Shown: piece after piece, positions 18,301-25,164 of the stretch
Numbering within the stretch: the stretch's first letter is position 1
Layout of the letters: the number at the start of each line of letters is the position of its first letter
Assembly: GCA_944383895.1 (NCBI GenBank)
Contig: CALWRH010000001.1
Span: 121,199 to 185,198 of the forward strand
From: an uncultured Christensenellaceae bacterium
Lineage (GTDB): Bacteria; Bacillota; Clostridia; Christensenellales; UBA3700
Length of the DNA stretch: 64,000 nucleotides
Reading direction: 5' to 3'
Notes under the pieces: generated by a model
Database searches by the model: none
The model's input: the letters and a program-made list of their open reading frames with translations, nothing else
Told to the model about the DNA's origin: nothing
Program-made: the position numbers and the translations under genes

Positions 18301-18431
18301 GGTGGATATTTGCTTAGCTGCTTTCTGCGCAGGTTGTAAGTTACTGCATGCCGCAAAAGCTCCCGACTTTCGTCGGAGAGCCGCACCACGCGCTAAAGCG
18401 CTGTGGTTGCGCTATCCACCTCTGTACACCA
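18301..18431 (+). repeat. unit A3 (closed copy ending in a tRNA-Tyr-like ...ATCCACCTCTGTACACCA)
   Basis: It has the A-type body, but its 3' end is GCGCTATCCACCTCTGTACACCA, which pairs with the 5' GGTGGATA and matches the tRNA-Tyr 3' end at 16 of 18 positions. Confidence 0.85.
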
Positions 18432-18465
18432 AAAACAGACGCCCCACTTGAGACGTCTGTTTTTT
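18431..18465. terminator. bidirectional rho-independent terminator shared by tRNA-Tyr (-) and the repeat array/arsR operon (+)
   Basis: A5-CAGACG-(12-nt loop)-CGTCTG-T6, with A-runs and T-runs on both sides. Confidence 0.8.
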
Positions 18466-18549
18466 GGTGGGCAGAGGTGGATTCGAACCACCGAAGACAG
18501 AGTCGGCAGATTTACAGTCTGCTCCCTTTGGCCGCTCGGGAATCTGCCC
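18465..18549 (-). tRNA. tRNA-Tyr (GTA), long variable arm, CCA encoded
   Basis: Hand-folded: acceptor GGGCAGA/TCTGCCC, anticodon arm GCAGA-CTGTAAA-TCTGC, T arm GGTGG-TTCGAAT-CCACC, 85 nt. Confidence 0.93.
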
Positions 18550-18570
18550 GTATTTATATAGTTTAATTGG

Positions 18571-18646
18571 TGGAGCTGGTGATCGGAATCGAACCAACAA
18601 CCTGCTGATTACAAATCAGCTGCTCTGCCAATTGAGCTACACCAGC
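18571..18646 (-). tRNA. tRNA-Thr (TGT), CCA encoded
   Basis: Acceptor GCTGGTG/CACCAGC, anticodon arm GCTGA-TTTGTAA-TCAGC, T loop TTCGATT, 76 nt. Confidence 0.9.
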
Positions 18647-18662
18647 AAGGTACCCTTTCGGG

Positions 18663-18738
18663 TGGTGCCTCGGGGCGGAATCGAACCACCGACACGGGGA
18701 TTTTCAGTCCCCTGCTCTACCGACTGAGCTACCGAGGC
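18663..18738 (-). tRNA. tRNA-Phe (GAA), CCA encoded
   Basis: GCCTCGGTAGCTCAGTCGGTAGAGC..., anticodon arm GGGGA-CTGAAAA-TCCCC, 76 nt. Confidence 0.93.
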
Positions 18739-18781
18739 ATAAATTTGGAGATTTATACAAATCTCCGAAACTTCTATAAAT

Positions 18782-18858
18782 TGGCGACTCGGAAGGGATT
18801 CGAACCCTCGACCTCTAGCGTGACAGGCTAGCGTTCTAACCAACTGAACTACCGAGCC
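18782..18858 (-). tRNA. tRNA-Asp (GTC), CCA encoded
   Basis: GGCTCGGTAGTTCAGTTGGTTAGAAC..., anticodon arm CTAGC-CTGTCAC-GCTAG, 77 nt. Confidence 0.93.
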
Positions 18859-18872
18859 AAATGTATTTTATG

Positions 18873-18949
18873 TGGTGGGCCATCAAGGACTCGAACCTTG
18901 GACCGACCGGTTATGAGCCGGTTGCTCTAACCAACTGAGCTAATGGCCC
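18873..18949 (-). tRNA. tRNA with CAT anticodon; body resembles Firmicute tRNA-Ile2 (lysidine) rather than initiator
   Basis: GGGCCATTAGCTCAGTTGGTTAGAGC, anticodon arm ACCGG-CTCATAA-CCGGT, T loop TTCGAGT. It lacks the three G-C pairs of an initiator anticodon stem. The choice between Ile2 and elongator Met cannot be settled by eye. Confidence 0.85.
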
Positions 18950-18969
18950 CCGGCTTAGCTTGTAATCGC

Positions 18970-19046
18970 TGGTCGGGGTGAAGAGATTCGAACTCCCGGC
19001 CCCATGGTCCCAAACCACGTGCGCTACCAAGCTGCGCTACACCCCG
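18970..19046 (-). tRNA. tRNA-Pro (TGG), CCA encoded
   Basis: CGGGGTGTAGCGCAGCTTGGTAGCGC..., anticodon arm CGTGG-TTTGGGA-CCATG, 77 nt. Confidence 0.93.
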
Positions 19047-19075
19047 AAATTCGTTTCCTTCCGTGCGACTGTTAC

Positions 19076-19105
19076 AATATACTACATCGTGTGGGCTATT
19101 GTCAA
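19076..19105 (-). promoter_or_regulatory. candidate sigma-A promoter of the tRNA operon (TTGACA-18-TATATT)
   Basis: The hexamers are read on the minus strand about 30 nt upstream of the tRNA-Pro 5' end. Confidence 0.55.
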
Positions 19106-19149
19106 CGATTTTCGGCTATTTTTTTTATACTTTTTTTATTTTTACGCGC

Positions 19150-19182
19150 GCTTTATAAGGTAATAGAAAAACCTTATAAAGC
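19150..19182 (-). terminator. 11-bp stem-loop after ispH-rpsA (GCTTTATAAGG/CCTTATAAAGC), no clear U-tract
   Basis: A perfect inverted repeat with an 11-nt loop lies 22 nt after the stop at 19204. Confidence 0.4.
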
Positions 19183-19203
19183 ACGCTTGAAAATCAGATA
19201 AAA

Positions 19204-21558
19204 TTATTCTTCTTTTCCTTCTTCTTCAGCCTTTTCTGCTGCCTTTGCCTTCTTGGAAGAAGTCTTCTTTGCAGGCTTTTCTTCAGCCTCTTCTTCTTTA
19301 GCAAAGTTCATAAGGTTGAACAGATCTCCGAGGGTCGCGCCGGTGCTCTCAGACTGCCAGGAAGTGGTCTCTTCTTCTTCAGCCTTCTTAGCTACCTTCT
19401 TGCGAGGAGCAGCGTTTACAGGCTTTTCAAACTTCTTAGCATTGCGGGACGCTCTCTTCTCTTTTGCCTCCTGATACTCTTCATCGGAAATTTCAACGTC
19501 GTCAGCCTTCTTCTCTTCTTCAGGGAGCAATGCCTTGATAGAAAGAGTGATCTTGTTGTCGTTGAACTTGATGACCTGAGCGGTAACCTCGTCGCCCTCT
19601 TTGTAAAGGTCTGCGGGGTTCTTGACATAGCTGCGAGAAAGCTCGGAAACAGGTACAAGACCGTCTACGTCTCTTTCGATGAGTACGAATATACCGTAGG
19701 GGAACACGCTTCTTACCTTGCCGGTAATGACGGAACCGACGGGATACTTCTCGGCAGCGAGTTCGTAAGGCTTTTTCTGGAGCTGCTTATATCCGAGAGA
19801 AACTCTGTTGGTCTCTCTGTTTGCCTTGAGGATAACGAAGTCGTAAGACTTGCCTATCTCGAGTACGTCGCTGGGATGAGCAACGCTGTAGTGAGAAAGA
19901 TCTGCGATGTGAGCCAGGCAATCGAAACCGTATACGCTTACGAAAGCACCGAAATCGGTCAGTCTTTTAACTTTGCCGTTTACGATAGATCCTACGGTAA
20001 GTTTGCTCCAGAGCTCGTCTTCTTTCTTAGCCTTTTCTTCTTCGAGGATAACTCTCTGAGACGCTACGATAGAACGGCCTCTCTTGAGGGTGATCTCTTT
20101 GGGCTGTTCAGCGACTGCCTCAACGGGAGCCTCGACTGCCTCGGTATTTACTTCTGCAACTTCGCCTTCTGCGGGAGCTGCAACGTTTTCGTCCTTTACT
20201 TCTTCAGCCTTGACAGTTTTCTTGGGCTCGATAGCTCTGAGTCTGAGCGTCTTGCCGACGTACTTCTCGAGATCCGTAACGTAGCCGATCCTGATCTGGG
20301 ATGCGGGAACGAAGATCTTGTAGCTGCCGAGTTTGCCTTCGAGTCCGCCTTTTACTACTCTGTCGATCGTAACTTTGAACTCTCCGCCTCTGATAGCTTC
20401 TTCAGCCTCTTTGTCTTCCTGATTGCGCTTATCAACAGCTTTCTTGGAGAACGCGATGCTTTCATTGCCTTTCTTGTTCTGCTTCTCGATAACCATAGCG
20501 GCTATCTTGTCGCCCGCTTTGTAATTTGCAGGCACATAATCTATACCGTCCAGCTCGGCGTCGGCTTTGTCGATAAAACCGTCTTTCTTGCCGCCGAAAT
20601 TGATAATAATGCCTTCATCGTTCGCGCTGATAACTGTGCACTCTCTGAAAATCTTTCCTGCTTTGATTTCAGTGTTCTTCTTGTCAGACGCTGCTAACAA
20701 TTTACCGAATTCGGTATCCTTGTTGGTGTTTTGAGTGTCGCTCATTTGTTTTACTACCTCCTCAATCAACTCTTTCGGAGTTGACGCCCCGGCTGTTATA
20801 CCGAGGATTTTATAATTATGTTTATTTTCTATCACCGGCTTTAGGTCGGCAATATTTTCAATAAAAAAAGTGTTCTTGCAATTCTTTGCGGAAATCTCGT
20901 AAAGTTTAGTCGTATTTGAGCTCGTTCTGCTGCCTATAACCAGCATGCCGTCGCACTTTTTACTGAGTTCTTCCGTCTCGGATTGCCTATCTGTTGTAGT
21001 ATAGCAAATCGTCCTGAATTTTTCAACTGTTTTACAGCGGTTTTCAATACTTTTTAATAAAATATCGTACTTGTTTTCGCTGTACGTCGTCTGCACTACA
21101 ACGCATAACTTTTCGTGTTCGGGAAGTGCTTTTACGTCCTCTTCTCCGTCGACGATATACGCGCTGTTTCCGCACCAACCGTTTATTCCGACTACCTCGG
21201 GATGGTCTTTAGCTCCTATAATAACGATTTTGTATCCAGCGAGATAATATTTGCGCACTAAGTTGTGAATTTTTTTAACGAAAGGACAAGTCGCGTCGAT
21301 ATAAGGAATATTTTTTTCTTTAAGCGAATTTTCAACAGATTCGGGTACGCCGTGAGAACGGATTATGACCGTTCCGCCGTTGTATTCTTCGGGACTTTCA
21401 ATCACCCCGATCCCCTTTGCCTTGAGTCTGGCGTTTACATAATCGTTGTGGATCAGTTCTCCCAAAGTGCTGACCTTGCCTTCAGTGCTCAGCGCGGTAT
21501 TGACTGCGTTTCTGACACCGAAACAAAATCCTGCGTTTTTCGCAACGAAAATTCTCAT
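19204..21558 (-). CDS. ispH: bifunctional 4-hydroxy-3-methylbut-2-enyl diphosphate reductase (IspH/LytB) / ribosomal protein S1
   Basis: 784 aa. The N-terminus MRIFVAKNAGFCFGVRNAV is IspH. Four S1 (OB) repeats follow (GKVKRLTDFGAFV, GKVRSVFPYGIFV...), then a K/E/A-rich tail. This fusion is common in Clostridia. Confidence 0.93.
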   Translation of the reverse strand: MRIFVAKNAGFCFGVRNAVNTALSTEGKVSTLGELIHNDYVNARLKAKGIGVIESPEEYNGGTVIIRSHGVPESVENSLKEKNIPYIDATCPFVKKIHNLVRKYYLAGYKIVIIGAKDHPEVVGINGWCGNSAYIVDGEEDVKALPEHEKLCVVVQTTYSENKYDILLKSIENRCKTVEKFRTICYTTTDRQSETEELSKKCDGMLVIGSRTSSNTTKLYEISAKNCKNTFFIENIADLKPVIENKHNYKILGITAGASTPKELIEEVVKQMSDTQNTNKDTEFGKLLAASDKKNTEIKAGKIFRECTVISANDEGIIINFGGKKDGFIDKADAELDGIDYVPANYKAGDKIAAMVIEKQNKKGNESIAFSKKAVDKRNQEDKEAEEAIRGGEFKVTIDRVVKGGLEGKLGSYKIFVPASQIRIGYVTDLEKYVGKTLRLRAIEPKKTVKAEEVKDENVAAPAEGEVAEVNTEAVEAPVEAVAEQPKEITLKRGRSIVASQRVILEEEKAKKEDELWSKLTVGSIVNGKVKRLTDFGAFVSVYGFDCLAHIADLSHYSVAHPSDVLEIGKSYDFVILKANRETNRVSLGYKQLQKKPYELAAEKYPVGSVITGKVRSVFPYGIFVLIERDVDGLVPVSELSRSYVKNPADLYKEGDEVTAQVIKFNDNKITLSIKALLPEEEKKADDVEISDEEYQEAKEKRASRNAKKFEKPVNAAPRKKVAKKAEEEETTSWQSESTGATLGDLFNLMNFAKEEEAEEKPAKKTSSKKAKAAEKAEEEGKEE

Positions 21559-21565
21559 TTTACCT

Positions 21566-22294
21566 CTATCTTACTGCCGCCGCATGGGCGCGCTCGTATT
21601 TTTTCAGACTGCCGTGATATTTTTCTACGATCTCGTCTATCTGCTTTCTCATCTCGGTCATCTTGTCGCGTATGAGCTGAGTTACTTCGCTTTTGACGTC
21701 GTGTACTTTTTTGCCGATATATGCGCTGAGATCTATCGGATCTCCTACGATAAGCCTGTTTTTTCTGAAACCGAACGGTTTGAGCGGTCTGTAATACAGA
21801 GTCGGCACGATTACCGCTCCCGACTTTATCGCTATGGCTGAAGGTCCGTCCTTGAACGGCAACAGCGACTTGAAATCCTTTTTCTTATTGCATTGCCCCT
21901 CAGGGAAAATCAGGAGTTTCCCTCCCGAGTTCAGCTCTCCGAGCATAGTCTTTATTGCACCTACGTCGGACTCGTCCCTTTTTACACTGACGGCTCTGCA
22001 CATTGCAGCCATACCTTTATTGACAAACTTGCTTTTGAGCGCCTCGGCTTTTACCGCGATCCTGCCCTTGAAAGCAAACAGTTTACTGTAAATAGCGTTC
22101 GCGTCTATCGCAGAATAATGATTGCAGACGCAGACGACGTTACCTCGGTGCGGGAACTTTTCTTTATAGTAGATTTTAGTCGGCCACCATACAATACGCA
22201 TCAAAAAGCGACCGAAAGCACCGAGCATACGGTAAAATGCGTTGGGTCTTTCGTTTTTCCTGTTCTTATCAGCGGCTTGGTTAAATTTTGTCAT
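21566..22294 (-). CDS. 1-acyl-sn-glycerol-3-phosphate acyltransferase family (PlsC-like), copy 1
   Basis: 242 aa with the acyltransferase motifs CNHYSAIDA (HX4D) and FPEG. Confidence 0.85.
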   Translation of the reverse strand: MTKFNQAADKNRKNERPNAFYRMLGAFGRFLMRIVWWPTKIYYKEKFPHRGNVVCVCNHYSAIDANAIYSKLFAFKGRIAVKAEALKSKFVNKGMAAMCRAVSVKRDESDVGAIKTMLGELNSGGKLLIFPEGQCNKKKDFKSLLPFKDGPSAIAIKSGAVIVPTLYYRPLKPFGFRKNRLIVGDPIDLSAYIGKKVHDVKSEVTQLIRDKMTEMRKQIDEIVEKYHGSLKKYERAHAAAVR

Positions 22295-22463
22295 TTCGCA
22301 CCTCTTACTATGTATCAGCGAACTGACGAGGATGTTATCCTTGTCTTTAACCCCGGACTTTCAGGTAACGTTTTATATCTTCCTTTCAAACACTCCGCAC
22401 GTTGTCTTGAGGACGGCCGTCCCCTATTCAGTTTATATTTTTCAGAGTTGTTTATCTGCGTTT

Positions 22464-23201
22464 TTATTCAGACTTCGTCAGCGACTTCGCGGCTTCGTAT
22501 TTCTGAATATCTCCGTCGTAATTTTCTACAATATCGTCTATCTTCTTTCTGAGCTCGAGCATTTTATCGAAAACGAGCGCAGAGGCCTCATCCTTGACCT
22601 CGTGCAGCTGTTTGCCGTAAAAAGCACTCAGATCTATCGGATCTCCGACGATCAGTCTGTTCTTTCTGAAACCGAACGGTCTCAAAGGTTTATAGTACAG
22701 TGTAGGAACGATCGGAGTTTTCATCTTGAGCGCAATGGTAACGGGTCCTTCCTTGAAAGGCATGAGCTCTTTATAATTCTTGGACTTATTGCGCGTTCCT
22801 TCGGGGAAAATGAGGATCTTACCGCCTGCGGCAAGTTCCTTCATCATCTCTTTTATCGCCTTGATGTCCGACTCTCCTCTTCTTACGCTTATCGCGTTGC
22901 AGAGTGCCGTGAGAAAATTGCCGACAAAACTGTCAGACATTGCCTCTGATTTTACTACGATCCTGCCCTCGAAACCGAAAAGCTGGTGATAGATCGCGCA
23001 CGCGTCTTCTATCGCGTAATGATTGCATATGCAGATGACTTTCTGATCTTTAGGAAACTTCTCTTTATAATAGATCTTTGTCGGCCACCATACGCATTTC
23101 ATCAGGAATCTGCCTATTGATCCCAATATTCTGTAAAACAGACCGGGTTTATTTTCCTTTTTTACTACAGGAGCAACTTCGTTGTTAGTGTGTGTTGACA
23201 T
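22464..23201 (-). CDS. 1-acyl-sn-glycerol-3-phosphate acyltransferase family (PlsC-like), copy 2
   Basis: 245-aa paralog of the downstream gene, with CNHYAIEDA, FPEGTRN and the shared block FGFRKNRLIVGDPIDLSA. Its start overlaps the cmk stop. Confidence 0.85.
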   Translation of the reverse strand: MSTHTNNEVAPVVKKENKPGLFYRILGSIGRFLMKCVWWPTKIYYKEKFPKDQKVICICNHYAIEDACAIYHQLFGFEGRIVVKSEAMSDSFVGNFLTALCNAISVRRGESDIKAIKEMMKELAAGGKILIFPEGTRNKSKNYKELMPFKEGPVTIALKMKTPIVPTLYYKPLRPFGFRKNRLIVGDPIDLSAFYGKQLHEVKDEASALVFDKMLELRKKIDDIVENYDGDIQKYEAAKSLTKSE

Positions 23202-23844
23202 AGCGTAAAATAACCTCTATGACCTCGTCGGTATTAAGATTTGTACTGTCTATCAGAACAGAGTCTTCGGTCTTTACAAGCGGCGCGAAATCTCTGTGCG
23301 TATCGTTGTAGTCGCGGTCGTTTACGTCCGCGAGAATCTTCTCGTAGGATATATCGGAACCTTTGGCTTTTAGTTCTTCAAAACGTCTTCTCGCTCTTTC
23401 TTCTGCAGTCGCGGTAAGATAAAATTTGTATTTGCTGTCAGGCAAAACAAAACTCGTGATGTCTCTGCCGTCGAGCACGATATCGTTTTTTGCCGCAATA
23501 GCGCGCTGCTGCTCAACAAGGAAAAGCCTGACTTCTTTTATCTTGGAAACGTCTGACGCCATTTTGGATATATGATGCTCTCTGATAGCTGATGAAACGT
23601 CTTCTCCGTTGAGATAAATCTTTTTATCGTCACCTTCTCCGCGGAATTCTATCTGTATCTCTCCTAGAAGAGGAATAACGTTTTTTGTGTCGTTGGGATC
23701 GATGCCTTTGCGGTGAACGTAAAGCGCGACGGCACGATACATAGCTCCCGTATCGAGATAAAGTATACCTAGTTTTTTTGCAAGCATTTTGCTTATCGTG
23801 CTTTTTCCTGCGCCGGAAGGACCGTCAATAGCGATATTCAGCAT
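23185..23844 (-). CDS. cmk: (d)CMP kinase
   Basis: 219 aa with the P-loop IAIDGPSGAGKST and the conserved cmk-plsC-ispH/rpsA neighbourhood. Confidence 0.95.
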   Translation of the reverse strand: MLNIAIDGPSGAGKSTISKMLAKKLGILYLDTGAMYRAVALYVHRKGIDPNDTKNVIPLLGEIQIEFRGEGDDKKIYLNGEDVSSAIREHHISKMASDVSKIKEVRLFLVEQQRAIAAKNDIVLDGRDITSFVLPDSKYKFYLTATAEERARRRFEELKAKGSDISYEKILADVNDRDYNDTHRDFAPLVKTEDSVLIDSTNLNTDEVIEVILRYVNTH

Positions 23845-23931
23845 AAATCGCCTCCGAAAATATTATATATGCGGAAAAACCGCTTATATCAAGTTTATCC
23901 CATATCAAGGCAAATATCAAGTAAAATTTAT

Positions 23932-25164
23932 CTAAGATAACGCCCTGACGACCGCCCTTGCAGTGCAAAAAGCCGTCTGAAGATTGAATCCGCCCGTCAA
24001 AGCATCCACGTCGAGCACCTCGCCGATAAAATACAGTCTTTTTATCTTTTTGCTCTGCATGTCTTTAGGATTGACCTCGGATACGTCTATACCGCCTTGC
24101 GTGACTATACCCGCCTCGAGCCTTTCCTTTGATACGAGCGGAAATCTTATATTCTTTATAACGTCGACGAGAGACTCTCTCTGCTTTTTGGACAAAACAG
24201 ACGATTTGACATCTCCGTCGACTCCGCTTTGCGACAAAACGACGGAAATCAGAGATTTTGGCATAAGGGTGCATAGCAAAGTCTTTATCTGCGCTTTGGG
24301 AGCGGCGGAAATTTCTCTGACTATGCGGGCGTCGAGAGTTTCTCTGTCAAGCGCAGGCTTAAGATCTATGCAAACGCAACTGTTTTTCGCGTAAATGCCG
24401 TTTTTATCGCAATATCTGCCCGTCAACGAAGATAATGTGAGTATGACAGGACCGCTCACGCCGTTATGCGTGAAAAGCATTTCACCGAACTGCGAAGCAA
24501 CCGTTTTGCCGTTTACCTCGATGCTTGCCGTTACGTTTTTGAGCGAAAGTCCAGCAAGCCCGTCAACACCCTTTGAAATCAAGGGCACCAGCGCCGCAAC
24601 GGGAGCCACTACATTATGCCCGAGCTTTTGCGCTATTTTGTATCCGTCACCGCAACTTCCCGTAGCAGGATAAGTAACTCCGCCCGTAGCAATTACAGCC
24701 GCGTCGCAGTCATATACGCCCTTGTCCGTTATCACTGAAGACACCGCGCCGTCCTTTACATCAACTGACGTTACGCGTTCTTCAAGTCGGAGATCGACTC
24801 CGTTATGCAGAACGTATCTTTCGAGAGCTTTGACTATATCGTTGGATTTATCCGAAACGGGGAAAACGCGTTCTCCTCTCTCGACTTTGAGTTTTACTCC
24901 GAGAGATTCAAAAAACTGCATGCAATCGGACGGCGTAAAACCGTAGATCGAAGAATTGAGAAATTTAGGATTGGTAACAACATTGTCGAGAAAAGTCCTG
25001 ACGTCGCACGCGTTGGTCACATTGCACCTGCCTTTTCCCGTGATAAAAAGCTTTTTGCCTACTCTTTCGTTTTTCTCTATAAGCGTTACTTCGTGTCCGA
25101 CGGTCGCAAGTCCGCCCGCACATAAAAGTCCCGCCGCGCCTGCCCCGATAACTACGATCTTCAC
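23932..25164 (-). CDS. NAD(P)/FAD-dependent oxidoreductase, HI0933/YhiN (BaiN-like) family
   Basis: 410 aa with the dinucleotide fold MKIVVIGAGAAGL, ITGKGRCNVTN and C-terminal GEVLDVDALTGGFNLQ. Confidence 0.85.
   Translation of the reverse strand: MKIVVIGAGAAGLLCAGGLATVGHEVTLIEKNERVGKKLFITGKGRCNVTNACDVRTFLDNVVTNPKFLNSSIYGFTPSDCMQFFESLGVKLKVERGERVFPVSDKSNDIVKALERYVLHNGVDLRLEERVTSVDVKDGAVSSVITDKGVYDCDAAVIATGGVTYPATGSCGDGYKIAQKLGHNVVAPVAALVPLISKGVDGLAGLSLKNVTASIEVNGKTVASQFGEMLFTHNGVSGPVILTLSSLTGRYCDKNGIYAKNSCVCIDLKPALDRETLDARIVREISAAPKAQIKTLLCTLMPKSLISVVLSQSGVDGDVKSSVLSKKQRESLVDVIKNIRFPLVSKERLEAGIVTQGGIDVSEVNPKDMQSKKIKRLYFIGEVLDVDALTGGFNLQTAFCTARAVVRALS

Larger units (their letters stand above)
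17658..18424 (+). repeat. tandem array, 2.5 x 305 bp, of two paralogous hairpin-rich units (A-B-A-B-A); candidate structured-RNA or tRNA-like array
   Basis: Direct reading shows period starts at 17658, 17963 and 18268. A1 equals A2 by eye, B1 and B2 differ at about 6 sites, and A3 differs from A1 at about 4 sites plus its 3' end. The strand assignment is tentative. See findings. Confidence 0.9.

Noticed and set aside
17658-18431. CRISPR array as an explanation for the periodic repeats
   Set aside because: The units are about 120-126 nt, not 24-48 nt. The inter-unit spacers are themselves repeated rather than unique. There are no cas genes in the window and no leader-like AT-rich flank.
17739-18566. 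Short ORFs inside the repeat array (17739..17954, 17875..18120, 18044..18259, 18348..18566, and minus-strand 18037..18237)
   Set aside because: They are copies of one another generated by the DNA repeat. They begin at an ATG inside a hairpin (CTGCATGCC), have no SD, and each frame is closed once per period. The sequence conservation pattern fits structure, not codons.
18412-19201. ORFs 18412..18600, 18464..18727, 18637..18843, 18978..19163 and 19004..19201
   Set aside because: They run across the six tRNA genes and their spacers, and the tRNA cloverleaves account for the sequence.
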